DNA of 63,993 nt, the filler included, from Craspedostauros australis (Eukaryota): assembly GCA_030167865.1 (NCBI GenBank). It is 19 parts of 19 records of this genome, joined end to end, with 100 filler letters (N's around TTAATTAATTAA, not from the genome) between each part and the next. Parts side by side here need not be neighbours in the genome. Positions count along the whole stretch, not along the records: positions 50,641 to 55,101 come from JALAGF010004997.1; positions 55,202 to 57,419 come from JALAGF010004998.1; positions 57,520 to 59,717 come from JALAGF010004999.1; positions 59,818 to 61,158 come from JALAGF010005000.1; positions 61,259 to 62,757 come from JALAGF010005001.1; positions 62,858 to 63,993 come from JALAGF010005184.1; 13 more parts are not named here. One strand, given 5' to 3'. The notes beneath the pieces are model-generated. The model did no database searches. It was not told the origin of the DNA and saw nothing but the letters and a program-made list of their open reading frames with translations. The position numbers were made by a program, and so were the translations under genes. Below, in pieces: positions 51,898 to 63,993 of the stretch (its first letter is position 1; each line of letters begins with the position of its first letter).

Positions 51898-52458
51898 CGA
51901 GCATCACAGCATGTGAGCATCGCATCATGTGAGCATCACAGCATCGCAACATCACAGGATGGCTGCATCACAACATCGCAACATCGTAACATCACAATAT
52001 TGTAGCATCGCACGTTCACAACATCGCAGCATCACAACATTGCAGCATCCCAACATCACAGCATCGCGGCATCACAGCATCCCAACATCACAGCGTCACA
52101 GCATTGCTAGATCGCAGCATCACAGCATCCCAACATCGCAGCATCACATCATTGCAGCGTCACAGCATTGCAGTGTCATAGCATCACAGCATCGCGGCAT
52201 CGCAAGATTACAGCATCACAGCATCCCAACATCGCAGCATCACATCATTGCAGCATCACAGCATCACAACATCACAGCATCCCAACATCCCAACATCGCA
52301 GCATCGCAACATTGCAGCGTCACAGCATTGCGGCATCACAGCATTGCAACATTACATCATCACAACATTACATCATCACAACATCGCAGCATCACAGCAT
52401 CGCAGCATTGTGACATCCCAACATTGCGACATCACATCATCGCAGCATCACGACATCA
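51898..52458 (+). repeat. Degenerate 8-bp minisatellite (CATCRCAG-like) in the piggyBac 5' region
   Basis: Visible period-8 array of gcatcaca/acatcgca units. Confidence 0.92.
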
Positions 52459-52478
52459 CCCAATTCAAAAGCTTCATC

Positions 52479-54944
52479 ATGGTTGATCCCCGAAAAAAGC
52501 CTTCACAAAAGCCTGTGCCCCGCACAGGCCCATCGCCCACCTCACCCTCACACATGCACCATGCATACAACAGATCACCCTACAGCAGCTCACAGCCACA
52601 CATCATATTCCTCAATGGAATGCCTTCCTCTGCCATCTTCTTTGCAGATAACAACAACACATCCAATTCTGAGCAAAGTCCAACCTATAGAGACTTCCTT
52701 GGAAACGACAAATCCTGCAACAGCAGCAATGTTTGGGGCAATCTGAATCTGCCTGCATCAGGTACCACTGCCTCCTCATTGGACAATGACACAAATCATC
52801 AGTCCGGTCAGGAGAATGCCACAAATCGCAGCACTGTCAGTCCCATCCCTTCACCAACACGCAAATCCTACACTGACAGCAGCAGCATGCAAGAGTTCTC
52901 CAGGGACAGCAACACCACACGAGGTAGTTGCCATGGTTGTGCATTCTTCACTGGTGATGACAGCAACCAGAGAACCATTCCGCAGCTGGACTTCCCTCCA
53001 TTCCCAACACCAACGGATGGGCAATCCCAGCACAACACTGTCTTCTCCAACAAATCCACCAAGTCACCCTGCAAATCCCGCCATATAGCCTCCCCAGGCA
53101 ACAACATTGCCACTCCTCCAGTACCTCCGCTTCATCCAACGGTTCCTCCTCCATACTCTCCCCTACCAACTGGAAATCACAAGCCAGGATTTGCTGGCGT
53201 CCGGAATGTGAAGACAACAGTGGACAGCCTTCTGGAGATCATATTTCCATCTACATTGATGGAAAGAATCCAACAGCATTCCAACAACCATCTCCGGAAG
53301 AGCGGCAGCATGGCTCCTGCCATCACAATTTCCGAGCTTTACATGTTCCTGGCGATGTATTACTACATGGGAGTATGGACTGCACCATCCAAGAGGGACT
53401 ATTGGCATGCCACCTGTGTATCTGTCCCATCAAACACGCTCATGACTCACCTGAGCAGGGATCGATACAACATCATCTTCTGCCATATCTAATTCACTGC
53501 AGAGCTTCCTGACTTTGAAAACGGATCAACAGCATCTTCTGCCACACCCATCCAGGTCAATGTGGATGAAGATGACATGCAAGCATGTGCAGGCAGTACC
53601 ACCATGGCATCAGGAAGTGAATTGTCATCCATCAGCACAGCTTCATTGAACATCTACACTACAGAGTTGAACGATTCTGATGCCTTGGATACGAAGCCGT
53701 CAGCACGAAAGAAGGCCAAAACGGACAGTGACAGTGTTCAGTTGACCCGATCATGGTATTGGAAGGTGCAACCACTCCTCAACCACACAAATCGAGTGTC
53801 GAAACGCATCTGTACAAGACCAGGAGCTGCATGTGCTATTGACGAAATGATGGTGCGGTTCAAAGGTCGATCAGCTCAGACACATCGGATGAAGCAGAAG
53901 CCAATCAAAGAAGGCTTCAAATTCTTTGCATTGTGCTGTTCAAGCACTGGGTTCATGTACCATATCCTACCTGCAGGTCGACTTGACAAGACCACACGAA
54001 TCAACAACACTGTGGAGGAGTTGATGAATGAACTTAACCGAAGCCATCATCATGTTGTCACCATGGACAACTTCTTCACGACCAAGACAGTTCTGCAGCG
54101 GTCGAGACAGATGGGCATTGGCATCTTGGGCACAGCACGCAATTGGAATGGATTCCCTCCAAAGGCAGTGAAGGAGGTGGAGGATGACAGGTTCAACAAT
54201 TTGTACATCTGGACCGAACCGAATGGGCATGTGGTGACTTGGTGAGTGGACAACAACGTCGTCCTGATGGTGAGCATGGTTCACTATGGAAATGAGACGG
54301 TTGTTCGTGATTGTCACAAGCCCAGAGAGACACGGATCAACAAGAAGCATCTCAAGACAGTGTGGGGGGATGATTGGAATGCAAGAATCTGCATTCCCAA
54401 AATGATCGATGACTACAATCACTGGATGGGTGGGGTTGACCGATGTGACCAGCTCATATCATATCATCGTCCAAACATGCGGTGCAGGAGGATGTGGATG
54501 CCACTCATGTTCCATTTCCTGGATATCCTCAGAGTGAATGCATGGATCAGTCATTGTCATCTGGCAGACAAAGAGGAGAGGTTGGCCCAAAAAGAATTCA
54601 TGCTGGAGATGGTGGAAGCCCTTGTGACGAAGTCGTCCACATCGAGTTCAAGGGGCACAAGATCGTCTTCCCAGGTACCTAGACTCATAGTGACAAGGCA
54701 CAGAATGAGCACAAACACCCCCACCCTCCCAGAAGCGAGATTGATGGGAGAAGACAGAGAACACGAGCAAGTTATTGTGAAAGGAGATTGGGCAAAAACG
54801 TGCAGATACTGTGCATTTCTGGCTGCAAATGCAAGACTTTCTGGCAAGGAGGGAACCAAACCTAAATGGGTTACCAGGATGTGTAGCTTCTGCCAAGTCT
54901 ATATCTGTAGGGATCATTGGGATATATACCATGGAAAGAAGTGA
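52479..54944 (+). pseudogene. piggyBac (PGBD-like) transposase with two in-frame stops
   Basis: IDEMMVRFKGR, KPIKEGFK, MDNFFTT and MGGVDRCDQ motifs, and a C-terminal Cys-rich domain. Stops end at 53492 and 54245, all in one frame. Confidence 0.93.
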
Positions 54945-55201
54945 AACAGACACAAACAAAAAATCAGTAGTTTCTCAAGATAACACTAGTTGTGAGGGGT
55001 ACAGACTTAGTTTTCATGTAGGCCCTGGTAGGGAAAATTCGTTCAAAAAACAACTAGTGTCATTATATCGCCCATAATATGGGCGTTATGCTCCGGTCGT
55101 ANNNNNNNNNNNNNNNNNNNNNNNNNNNNNNNNNNNNNNNNNNNNTTAATTAATTAANNNNNNNNNNNNNNNNNNNNNNNNNNNNNNNNNNNNNNNNNNN
55201 N

Positions 55202-57419
55202 GATCAGCTTTTCTCCGACTTCACTTTTCTCTTTCAAAAAGTAGCTCCAGCAGTAATCACTGTAATCATCGATGACAAGGAGCCACTATTTTCCTTGTCC
55301 GTAGCTGTGCGTTTGAACACTCGATGTGTCAGTGAACAACCGCTCACCAATTTCTTTTGCTCGGCGCTGCAGGCGTTTTGTCATTGACTTCTGCTTCTGT
55401 TTTCCAATTGCGCAGTNNNNNNNNNNNNNNNNNNNNNNNNNNNNNNNNNNNNNNNNNNNNNNNNNNNNNNNNNNNNNNNNNNNNNNNNNNNNNNNNNNNN
55501 NNNNNNNNNNNNNNNNNNNNNNNNNNNNNNNNNNNNNNNNNNNNNNNNNNNNNNNNNNNNNNNNNNNNNNNNNNNNNNNNNNNNNNNNNNNNNNNNNNNN
55601 NNNGCCGACATTGGCTTGGTCTTCGTGGGGAGGGGCACTGATCATGTTCACTCCACTCACGAAACCGCTATGGGTTGCCATGAGTCTATCGAACGTGATG
55701 CGTTGCCCGCGCTTCTCCAAGCTCATCACGACACCTTGGTTGCTGATGTCGAAGCCGTTCTCGAGAGCTTTGTTGATGCTCAAGAGGTTCACCCACAGGT
55801 TGGGCACGAACTTCACTTGCTTGAGCACNNNNNNNNNNNNNNNNNNNNNNNNNNNNNNNNNNNNNNNNNNNNNNNNNNNNNNNNNNNNNNNNNNNNNNNN
55901 NNNNNNNNNNNNNNNNNNNNNNNNNNNNNNNNNNNNNNNNNNNNNNNNNNNNNNNNNNNNNNNNNNNNNNNNNNNNNNNNNNNNNNNNNNNNNNNNNNNN
56001 NNNGTGTTTGCTTCGTGGTGGTCGGGGGCGATGGTGTGGCGGAGTGCGCTTGCATCGTCGAGGTCACCGATCACCATGGCCATGTCTGGTTGAGCATCGG
56101 CCGCTCGGTAGATGGGGAGCTGGTTGAACTCCTCTGGGTCTTGGACTCCTTGGTCACTTGGATGGTGCATCCACATCAGCATCTCTGCGGCGTGCTGAAC
56201 CAGGCTGTCGATGAGCCCTCTGTGGATGGGTGGCAAGTTGAGCTCCTCNAGTCTTGCNTTGATGTGTTGCACGGCTTGCACCAATTGCAGTGGCGTGAAC
56301 ACGTCGATGCNNTGCATCATGTAGTAGAGNGTGCGNGGGTTCAGGCTTTCTCCTCCTCCTTCGGTGTACGCATGCGCTGCGTCGCAGCACAGTAGGGCGA
56401 GCTCAGAGCGCACTTCATCAGCGACCATCATATTGCTGAGAGAGTATCTCATCGCGACATGCAAAGGTCCTGCAGTCCAGAGCTTCTGGCGGCGCGTCAT
56501 GATGTCTTGGATCGTTGTTGGCGCTGCCCTTGCAGGGGGATTTGCCAGTTGGACGAGGAACGACGAGTTACGGCAGGTCTTGCACATGGCGTAGAGAGGG
56601 CCGCGCTGAAAGCACAGCGGGCACCATCCTGCGGTGCTCCCTCCGTTGCGNNNNNNNNNNNNNNNNNNNNNNNNNNNNNNNNNNNNNNNNNNGGTTCGAG
56701 AGTAGATGGTGGAGGTGACGCGATGGTCGACTCCAGGCATCGCTACTTCATTCTCCATGATGTCTCCGACGTTGAGGGGTTCATCCTCGTAGACGATCCC
56801 TTCGAAGAGGTTGTCTTCGTCGGTGTAATCGTCTTCCTCGCTTGATGGGAATTGCTCGCGGTTGATGGTCTCAACTGCAGCAACTGGGGGTCCATAGTAT
56901 CCGTACACACTTGGAGTGTGGGCCTCTCGTTCCTCTTCAGAGTACTCGTCCTCTTCTTCGAGGTCGAGTCCGGTCATGTCTTCGTCGGTGGTTGCGAGGG
57001 CCATGTCGTTGATGAACGACTCGTAGTGCGCCATGTTGGTGGTGTTGATTGTTTGGTTTTTCTTGATGTTCGTGATTTCGTCGATTGTCACGATTCTTGG
57101 GTTGGTCACATTTTTNACCTCAACGGGGTCGTTTTCGAGCTCGTCGGTGGGGAAACACACCAATTCTTCGTTGTTGACCGACTTGTCTTCGTCGGGTAAC
57201 CACAGTGATTCATCGGTCATCACGAGACCGATTTCGTCTTCTTCGTCGTTAGCGGGCATCCACATGGGTTCATCTACCACGACGAACGCGGCGTTGTCTG
57301 CCGCGGCGTCTTCGGGTAGCCACATCGGTTCCTCTACCATCACGAGGGCGACGTCGTCTGTTCCGTCCATGCCGTCGGTGGCCACGTTGGCGGCGTCGGC
57401 TGCTCTCATCGCTGCCTTC
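55202..57419 (-). mobile_element. Copia family G fragment (Gag tail, C4 zinc ribbon, extra domain, protease, integrase start)
   Basis: GWCPLC..CKTC, VPNLWVNLLSI, CAIGKQK and ERLFTD motifs. Confidence 0.9.
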
Positions 57420-57520
57420 NNNNNNNNNNNNNNNNNNNNNNNNNNNNNNNNNNNNNNNNNNNNTTAATTAATTAANNNNNNNNNNNNNNNNNNNNNNNNN
57501 NNNNNNNNNNNNNNNNNNNT

Positions 57521-59717
57521 CACGTCTCGGACAGGGGGTCCACGAGGGCCTTGAACTCCACGACGAGGCATAATGAATGGTGGGGTAGCTTGAGAGAGAT
57601 CGTTGTCAACGAATCCTGGGTCGAGCTCCAAGCTATCTGAAGATACAGCAGAACCGAGACGATCAGAATGAACAGAAGGAAGGTAACTTTCGTCGTCGTC
57701 CGAAGAAGAACCGCGAGCANNNNNNNNNNNNNNNNNNNNNNNNNNNNNNNNNNNNNNNNNNNNNNNNNNNNNNNNNNNNNNNNNNNNNNNNNNNNNNNNN
57801 NNNNNNNNNNNNNNNNNNNNNNNNNNNNNNNNNNNNNNNNNNNNNNNNNNNNNNNNNNNNNNNNNNNNNNNNNNNNNNNNNNNNNCTGTGTGAGAAGAGA
57901 TTTGGTTCACGAACATGTCAGGACAGTCGGCGATCACAATAATAGTCACAACAGGCAACATCACAAAACAGACGCACCTTTTCCACTCTCGAGGAACTTC
58001 AGCAGACCGGCCCAACAATTGAGAAAATTCTTCTTCGTGTTCTTCTGGCTGTAGAGACTGTGCCACTCGACGTGCGACTCCCAGAAGTTCGAGAAGCCTT
58101 CCTTGGTTGGTTGGAAGCGAGGNNNNNNNNNNNNNNNNNNNNNNNNNNNNNNNNNNNNNNNNNNNNNNNNNNNNNNCCACCTTTGAGCTCGAGCAACTTG
58201 GATTTGTGCCATCTTGGAGGTAAGCTGAATTGTGGGCTTGTGATGGACACCCCTGTTACAGCAGATACTGCGAGTGCAACGCTGCAAACAACTCGACCAA
58301 TGCTGGGAGATGGTATCGTCAACCGATCAACCAGCTGTCTATTCAAATGAAGCACGCAGGTAGGAGCAACGCAGCCAGACTACGGCAAGCAGTCAGGCTG
58401 TCACATTCGTCATTGCCTGTTTCAATCAGCAGTATTNCACAGATGAGGAGGATNGTNGTGCGTACATGAGGNCATGAGGTGCCATCATCCTGTTTTGTTC
58501 GGAATGCAACTTCCTCGTGGGTCGAATTTGCTTTTTGTGGGAGCTCAGTTGGATTTGGTGAGCATACTCAGCTTCATGTGCTTTGGACGGCTCACTTGGA
58601 ATGATGTCTTCAAATCTGTATATTGACCCTCCGACAAGAAATTCTTAGGAACCGACAGTATTCGTTTTTGGGGGGACAAGTACCTGGTTTTCGCCGACAA
58701 GTCTCATGTGTGCTTTCCTACGCAACAGTCAGTAGTAGCCCACGTAGAAATCAAAAGATAGAATTTGTGGTTCGCCATTTCTACTCCGACAATTCTAACG
58801 TTCTAGTCCGACGGTTACTAAACCGTTAATTTTCTTGCCTATTTAGTATCTGTCGGATGGAAATCGTGTACTTGTCGGATGCGAATTGCGTATTTGTCGG
58901 ACGCCTTTTTGGCTCCTCGATTTGAAATGGTGTGGAGTGGAGTACTCAGCTCTACTTGTCATTGGCTTGTGTCGAAGTTGGTCCCACCGAACAGCATGTT
59001 GGCCCCGTCGCAGGACAGCTCATCGCAGAGGTGCGCTTTGGCCGATCGGCCTGTTCTCCGATTTGCGTTGCCACATGCAACGGAAGCAGACACACGAACC
59101 AGGGGTGGTGCTTCACAACGACGATTCAAGCCAAGCACCAACATCTCTTGCTCCTCTCTTCTGTGTCGAATTCAGACGAAGAAGAACACCATCCAACCCT
59201 CATGGAGGCGGCCCCTCGGCGGAGGACACCATCAACTGGGGCACCCCGGTCACCACAGAACCATGCTCTTCGGTTTTCGCGTCGCCATCATCGCACAGCC
59301 AACATCAATCAAAAACCACGAACACAATGTGATGTTCTGTGTCCAAGGATTCAAATGCAGAGGGGTGCAAATGGATCCATGCCAGTGGCTGCATCTACTG
59401 GTGCAAGCCAGCAACCATTTACAGAAGAGAACAGATGAAGCAGACAACCCCATCATCAGACACGGATTCTCCCAAGTCAGTTGGCCGATCCTTCATGATT
59501 TGGAGAGGCAGGGACAGCCATTTCTTCAGCTCCAACTTCTCCCTTCAATCCAATCTCCAACCGATGTTGAATGGTGCCTACGATCATTGATATTCTATTG
59601 GCAGTGTGCAAGACTTTCTTGATCTTGCGCGCTACATCCTTCTCACCCCTGGCCAGTGCATCACCAATCTACGATGCCGATCAGGTGCATTCGGGGAGGA
59701 CTTCACTGTTGCATTTG
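57521..59717. repeat. Unclassified interspersed repeat, copy 2
   Basis: Colinear with 17542-19384. Confidence 0.9.
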
Positions 59718-60560
59718 NNNNNNNNNNNNNNNNNNNNNNNNNNNNNNNNNNNNNNNNNNNNTTAATTAATTAANNNNNNNNNNNNNNNNNNNNNNNNNNN
59801 NNNNNNNNNNNNNNNNNAACACGACCTAGTCCCGACATCGGGCAGGATTTCAAATGCGTTGCGAGGTTCGGTTTAGCGTAATCATGACTGGTGATCAATT
59901 ATCTTCTGACTGTGTGGAAGTCCACTCGGGAATGGAGTAGTAGTAGAATGCAGTACTGTGTTGGCAAGGATGAGACTTCACAGAGGATGACTCCTGCTCG
60001 AAACATCGTTTCTCCGCCCTCCGCAGCGTGCCTTGCTTGCANNNNNNNNNNNNNNNNNNNNNNNNNNNNNNNNNNNNNNNNNNNNNNNNNNNNNNNNNNN
60101 NNNNNNNNNNNNNNNNNNNNNNNNNNNNNNNNNNNNNNNNNNNNNNNNNNNNNNNNNNNNNNNNNNNNNNNNNNNNNNNNNNNNNNNNNNNNNNNNNNNN
60201 NNNNNNNNNNNNNNNNNNNNNNNNNNNNNNNNNNNNNNNNNNNNNNNNNNNNNNGATGAAGCGCCTTGACAGCGGCGTCGTGGGACAATAGTACGCGTTT
60301 ATTGCGTTCTCTGCTGTCTTGCGCCCTGGGTAGCGCATCATGAGAGCAGCTCCCCAACGGCAAAAGGAGACAACAACTGGCCTACCAGGAGTCACGCAGA
60401 GTTCACGGAGAAATGCTGTTTCCTCCTCTTACCAAGTTGCAGTTTGCTTGCGCGCTATTTCTACTATTACAACGGNTACANTNTTGACATTGTTGNTTTT
60501 CGCCTCATTTTGATATTTGAAGAGGAACAAAGAGCTCACAAATTCGCAAGAACACAAACC

Positions 60561-61158
60561 ATGTTACTCCCACGCGGAACTTTCGCTGTTTTGGGGTTCG
60601 GACTGATTGGGTCTCGCCCAAGGGGCATGCTTGCGAACGATCTTTCCGTGGAATCGTTGCGACAGTTCGCGTCTGTGTTCGGAACGCATCCTGACATCGT
60701 GCACATCTTGTGGAACGAGCTCGTAGGCGCTCGAGCTCTCCCGCGCGGGGCCAAACCCAAACATCTCCTTTGGACGTGCGCGTTTCTTCGTCTGTACGTG
60801 TCTGAGACTGCGCTCGCTGCAGTGTGCAAGTGTTCCGCGAAGACACTTCGCAAGTGGATGTGGCTGATGATGGCAGCCGTTGAAACCGTTAAGGACCGCA
60901 TTGTAAGTACTAATAAATTCGCACACCCGAACTACGACACTAAATTATTTTCACTCCATTCACTCACACATGTTCTTTTTCCTGGTACCGCTCCAATTGA
61001 CAGATCGTCTGGAACCGTCGTTTCGTTGGCGCAAGTCACAACGCAAAAGCTCTTGTCACTGTTGACGGGACCGACATGCGAATCACCGAACCGAAACCGT
61101 TTGACAAGAAGTGGTACTCGTTCAAATTTCGCGCTGCCGGTTTGCGTTACGAGTTGGC
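60561..61158 (+). mobile_element. PIF/Harbinger-type (DDE_Tnp_4) transposase, 5' part; intron 60903-61003
   Basis: Exon 1 has KPKHLLW..FLRLY..TLRKW. A GTAAGT...CAG intron follows. Exon 2 reads IVWNRRF..VTVDGTDMRI.EP....WYSFKF...GLRYE, including the first catalytic Asp. Confidence 0.88.
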
Positions 61159-61258
61159 NNNNNNNNNNNNNNNNNNNNNNNNNNNNNNNNNNNNNNNNNN
61201 NNTTAATTAATTAANNNNNNNNNNNNNNNNNNNNNNNNNNNNNNNNNNNNNNNNNNNN

Positions 61259-62757
61259 AGATTGTCCCAACGTCCCCATGTGATTCTTGGGTGATTTGGT
61301 GTGTCCGAGTTTGTTTTGTTGTTCTCAAACAAGAAACGTTCGAAACACGAATATTGTCGACGCTAGTTGGTCGAGTCGAGGCAAACCAATTGGACGGGCA
61401 ATGCACATACATATACATCTCGACACCCTTCCTGTGTGCATTCGGTCACTCGAATGTTCTCGACGTGTCAAGGTACGACTTCTCGTGTTCACGTTGTAAG
61501 TCGGCCTTGATGTTCTTGGTGAATCCGTTGCTTGTGTTCTGCTCGGATTTGACGAAAATGATTTCGATGGTTTTGTTGATTACCATGTTCTTCACGTAGT
61601 GATGGCGCACGTCGATGTGCCGCGATCGTTGGGATGTCGATGGGTTCTTGGCGATGAAGATTGCTCCAATGTTGTCCACACAGACCTTGATCGGTGTCTT
61701 CACTGGGACGCCCACACTTTCGAGTAGCTGCACAACGAAGAAGATCTCCTTTGCCGCTTCGGAAAGAGCAACGTATTCTGCTTTGGATGAGCTGAGTGTG
61801 ACGGCCTTCTGTGCTTTGGATCGCCAAAGGGTTGGTACTTTGCACAGGTATAGGATGAACCCTCCTATTCTGATTCTCGCGTTCTTGTCTCCTGCATATT
61901 TGCTGTCGCAGAAGAGCTCCATGTCTCAGTTGTCGTCGTTTGGACATGCTGGATGGATCTTCAATCCATAGTCCTTTGTATCGATCACATACTTGATGAT
62001 CCGATACATCTCCTTCATTGCGGCCTTGGTGNNNNNNNNNNNNNNNNNNNNNAGTTCCCTCACAGGGTTCGCGATATCTGGTCGCGAGTGCTTGATGAGG
62101 AAGAGTAGCATACCGACGCCTCGGCGGTATTCGACATGTTCTTCTGGTCCGACCTTCTGCAGTCCGTTATCTTCAGATGGTTGTACGATGATTTGACCCG
62201 GGGTTCCTGGTGTTGCGTAGCGTTGCATCTTCTCAACCTTGGTTCCGAACTCTTCGATGAGATGTTGGATGAGATGTGGTTGACGCAACGTTGCTCTGGT
62301 CTTGTCATGGTTCAGTTCGATGTTGCAGCTGAGGAAATCTCCAAGGCCGCGCTCGATTGTTACCTTGAACTTGCTGCCTTGGATGTCCTTCAGGAATCTC
62401 TCCAATGCCTTGGAGTCTCNNNNNNNNNNNNNNNNNNNNNNNNNNNNNNNNNNNNNNNNNNNNNNNNNNNNNNNNNNNNNNNNNNNNNNNNNNNNNNNNN
62501 NNNNNNNNNNNNNNNNNNNNNNNNNNNNNNNNNNNNNNNNNNNNNNNNNNNNNNNNNNNNNNNNNNNNNNNNNNNNNNNNTAGATTGGCTTGTGTAGGGT
62601 CAGGGCTTCGTCTGGTTGATGATCCATCCCGTTGGGACAGTTCATGTAGATCTCCTTGTCGAGGTCTCCATGCAGGAATGCCGTTACAACATCGACGAGT
62701 GCGCAGTCCATCTTCTTGATTAGCATGATCACCATCATGACCCGATAGGTCACGTCA
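61259..62757 (-). mobile_element. Copia (A/F family) RT-RNase H, PPT and start of the 3' LTR (from 61425)
   Basis: DVVTAFLHG, SRPDIAN and AEYVAL motifs; AGGAAGGG|TGTCGAGA junction. Confidence 0.93.
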
Positions 62758-62857
62758 NNNNNNNNNNNNNNNNNNNNNNNNNNNNNNNNNNNNNNNNNNN
62801 NTTAATTAATTAANNNNNNNNNNNNNNNNNNNNNNNNNNNNNNNNNNNNNNNNNNNN

Positions 62858-63993
62858 TTGCCTCGCGCTCTGTACCAGCCCGTAGATGGTCTTTTTCAGC
62901 AGCAGGCATTCATCCGGTTCGTGTTCCATTCCTTTGGGACATTGCATGTAGATCTCCTCCTCGAGTTCTCCATGTAGGAAAGCAGTTTCAAAGTCGATGA
63001 TAATGCTGTCAGTCTTCAACAGCATCTTCATGGTCAGCATCACACGGTATGTTGCATCATGGATCACGGGCGCATGGTGAGCGGAGAAATCCACTNNNNN
63101 NNNNNNNNNNNNNNNNNNNNNNNNNNNNNNNNNNNNNNNNNNNNNNNNNNNNNNNNNNNCTCTTCTCCTTGAAGACCCACTTCGTCTTCACACATCGCCG
63201 ATCCCTCGGCATTTCGTTCTTCTTGATCTTCTGCCAGACTCCTTGTCTCGTCATGTCGTAGAACTCTTTATTGATGGCCTCCCGCCATTTTCTTCGCTTT
63301 GCTGGATCTGCATGATCCCAGCATTCTTCGAATGTCGTGGGGTCCAGCATCATAGCCGTGTATGCATGCTCGGACATCTCATCCCATTTCTCTCTCTCGA
63401 CCCGTTGGCTTGCNGTAATGAAGTCATCCAGTCTCATCCTTCCTTGTGTGGTGTCAATCATCATACTGGCCACATCTCGATTGAACATGGATAGGTTCGT
63501 ATGGAAGTCCCGTTCTTCAGCGGTTGCAGGGGTCGTCTCAGCTACCTCAGCTGGTTCATCGTTCCCACTGCCTGACTCTGAATCGGATTCATATCCTGGA
63601 GGGTTGTTGTGCGGTGCCAAATCGCGTAGCATCCGTGACATCCTTGCCACTGGTCTGATGGGAGAGTACTCGAGGTGTTTGCCTTCAGCCACTTGCCTCC
63701 GAGTCACTCGTTCTTCGTCCCTTCCGGATTCATCGTCGTATTCCTCGTCCGATGGTTCGTCCCCTTGGGCAGGTAGCAATTCNNNNNNNNNNNNNNNNNN
63801 NNNNNNNNNNNNNTCGTGGTCTATCCCGGACTCTCTACTCTTATCAGCTGATGCGGCCTTCGCTTTCCTCGCGATACCCGTATCACGCTCCCAAGTCACC
63901 TTCGTATTGCGGAGTGCTGCTCCGGCATCGAAGTCGTCGTCTTCCAGGTCCACCCACTGTGTCCTGTTGGCATTCTCAATACCCTTGAATTGC
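62858..63993 (-). mobile_element. Copia (C family) integrase tail and RT fragment
   Basis: Homologous to 26121-27215, with KWVFKEK and DFETAFLHG. Confidence 0.93.

Larger units (their letters stand above)
51495..55101 (+). mobile_element. piggyBac-family DNA transposon, near full length
   Basis: Left end CCCTTTACGACC; right end GGTCGTA cut by the gap. Subterminal palindromes at both ends and a transposase inside. Confidence 0.88.

Noticed and set aside
51929..52486. ORFs rich in SQH/HHS
   Set aside because: Translations of the 8-bp minisatellite.

Overview
This window is not one locus. It is about 19 short eukaryotic scaffolds joined by artificial 100-bp linkers (44 N + TTAATTAATTAA + 44 N), with many internal N gaps. 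The content points to a diatom-like stramenopile genome; this is inferred from CoDi-type Copia Gag, intron-containing Harbinger-type transposases and PSxx-repeat proteins. Most of it is transposable element sequence: several Ty1/Copia families (some nested, with LTR, PPT and TSD boundaries visible), a decayed piggyBac with recognisable ends, two PIF/Harbinger-type transposase fragments, a Sola3-like DDD transposase and an unclassified two-copy repeat. Two probable host genes are a SAS-4/CENPJ-like Tcp10_C protein and a long Pro/Ser/Thr tandem-repeat protein. The most interesting signals are five. (1) A small conserved helical domain sits between Gag and protease in two otherwise divergent Copia families. 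(2) A CoDi Gag-Pol contains a transmembrane-like segment. (3) A palindrome (GTTTATAAAC) replaces the tRNA primer-binding site after a 5' LTR. (4) A 165-bp solo LTR has a 6-bp TSD. (5) A phased, inverted CCGAC array lies in the unclassified repeat. No rRNA, tRNA or CRISPR was seen, and adjacency across linkers has no biological meaning.
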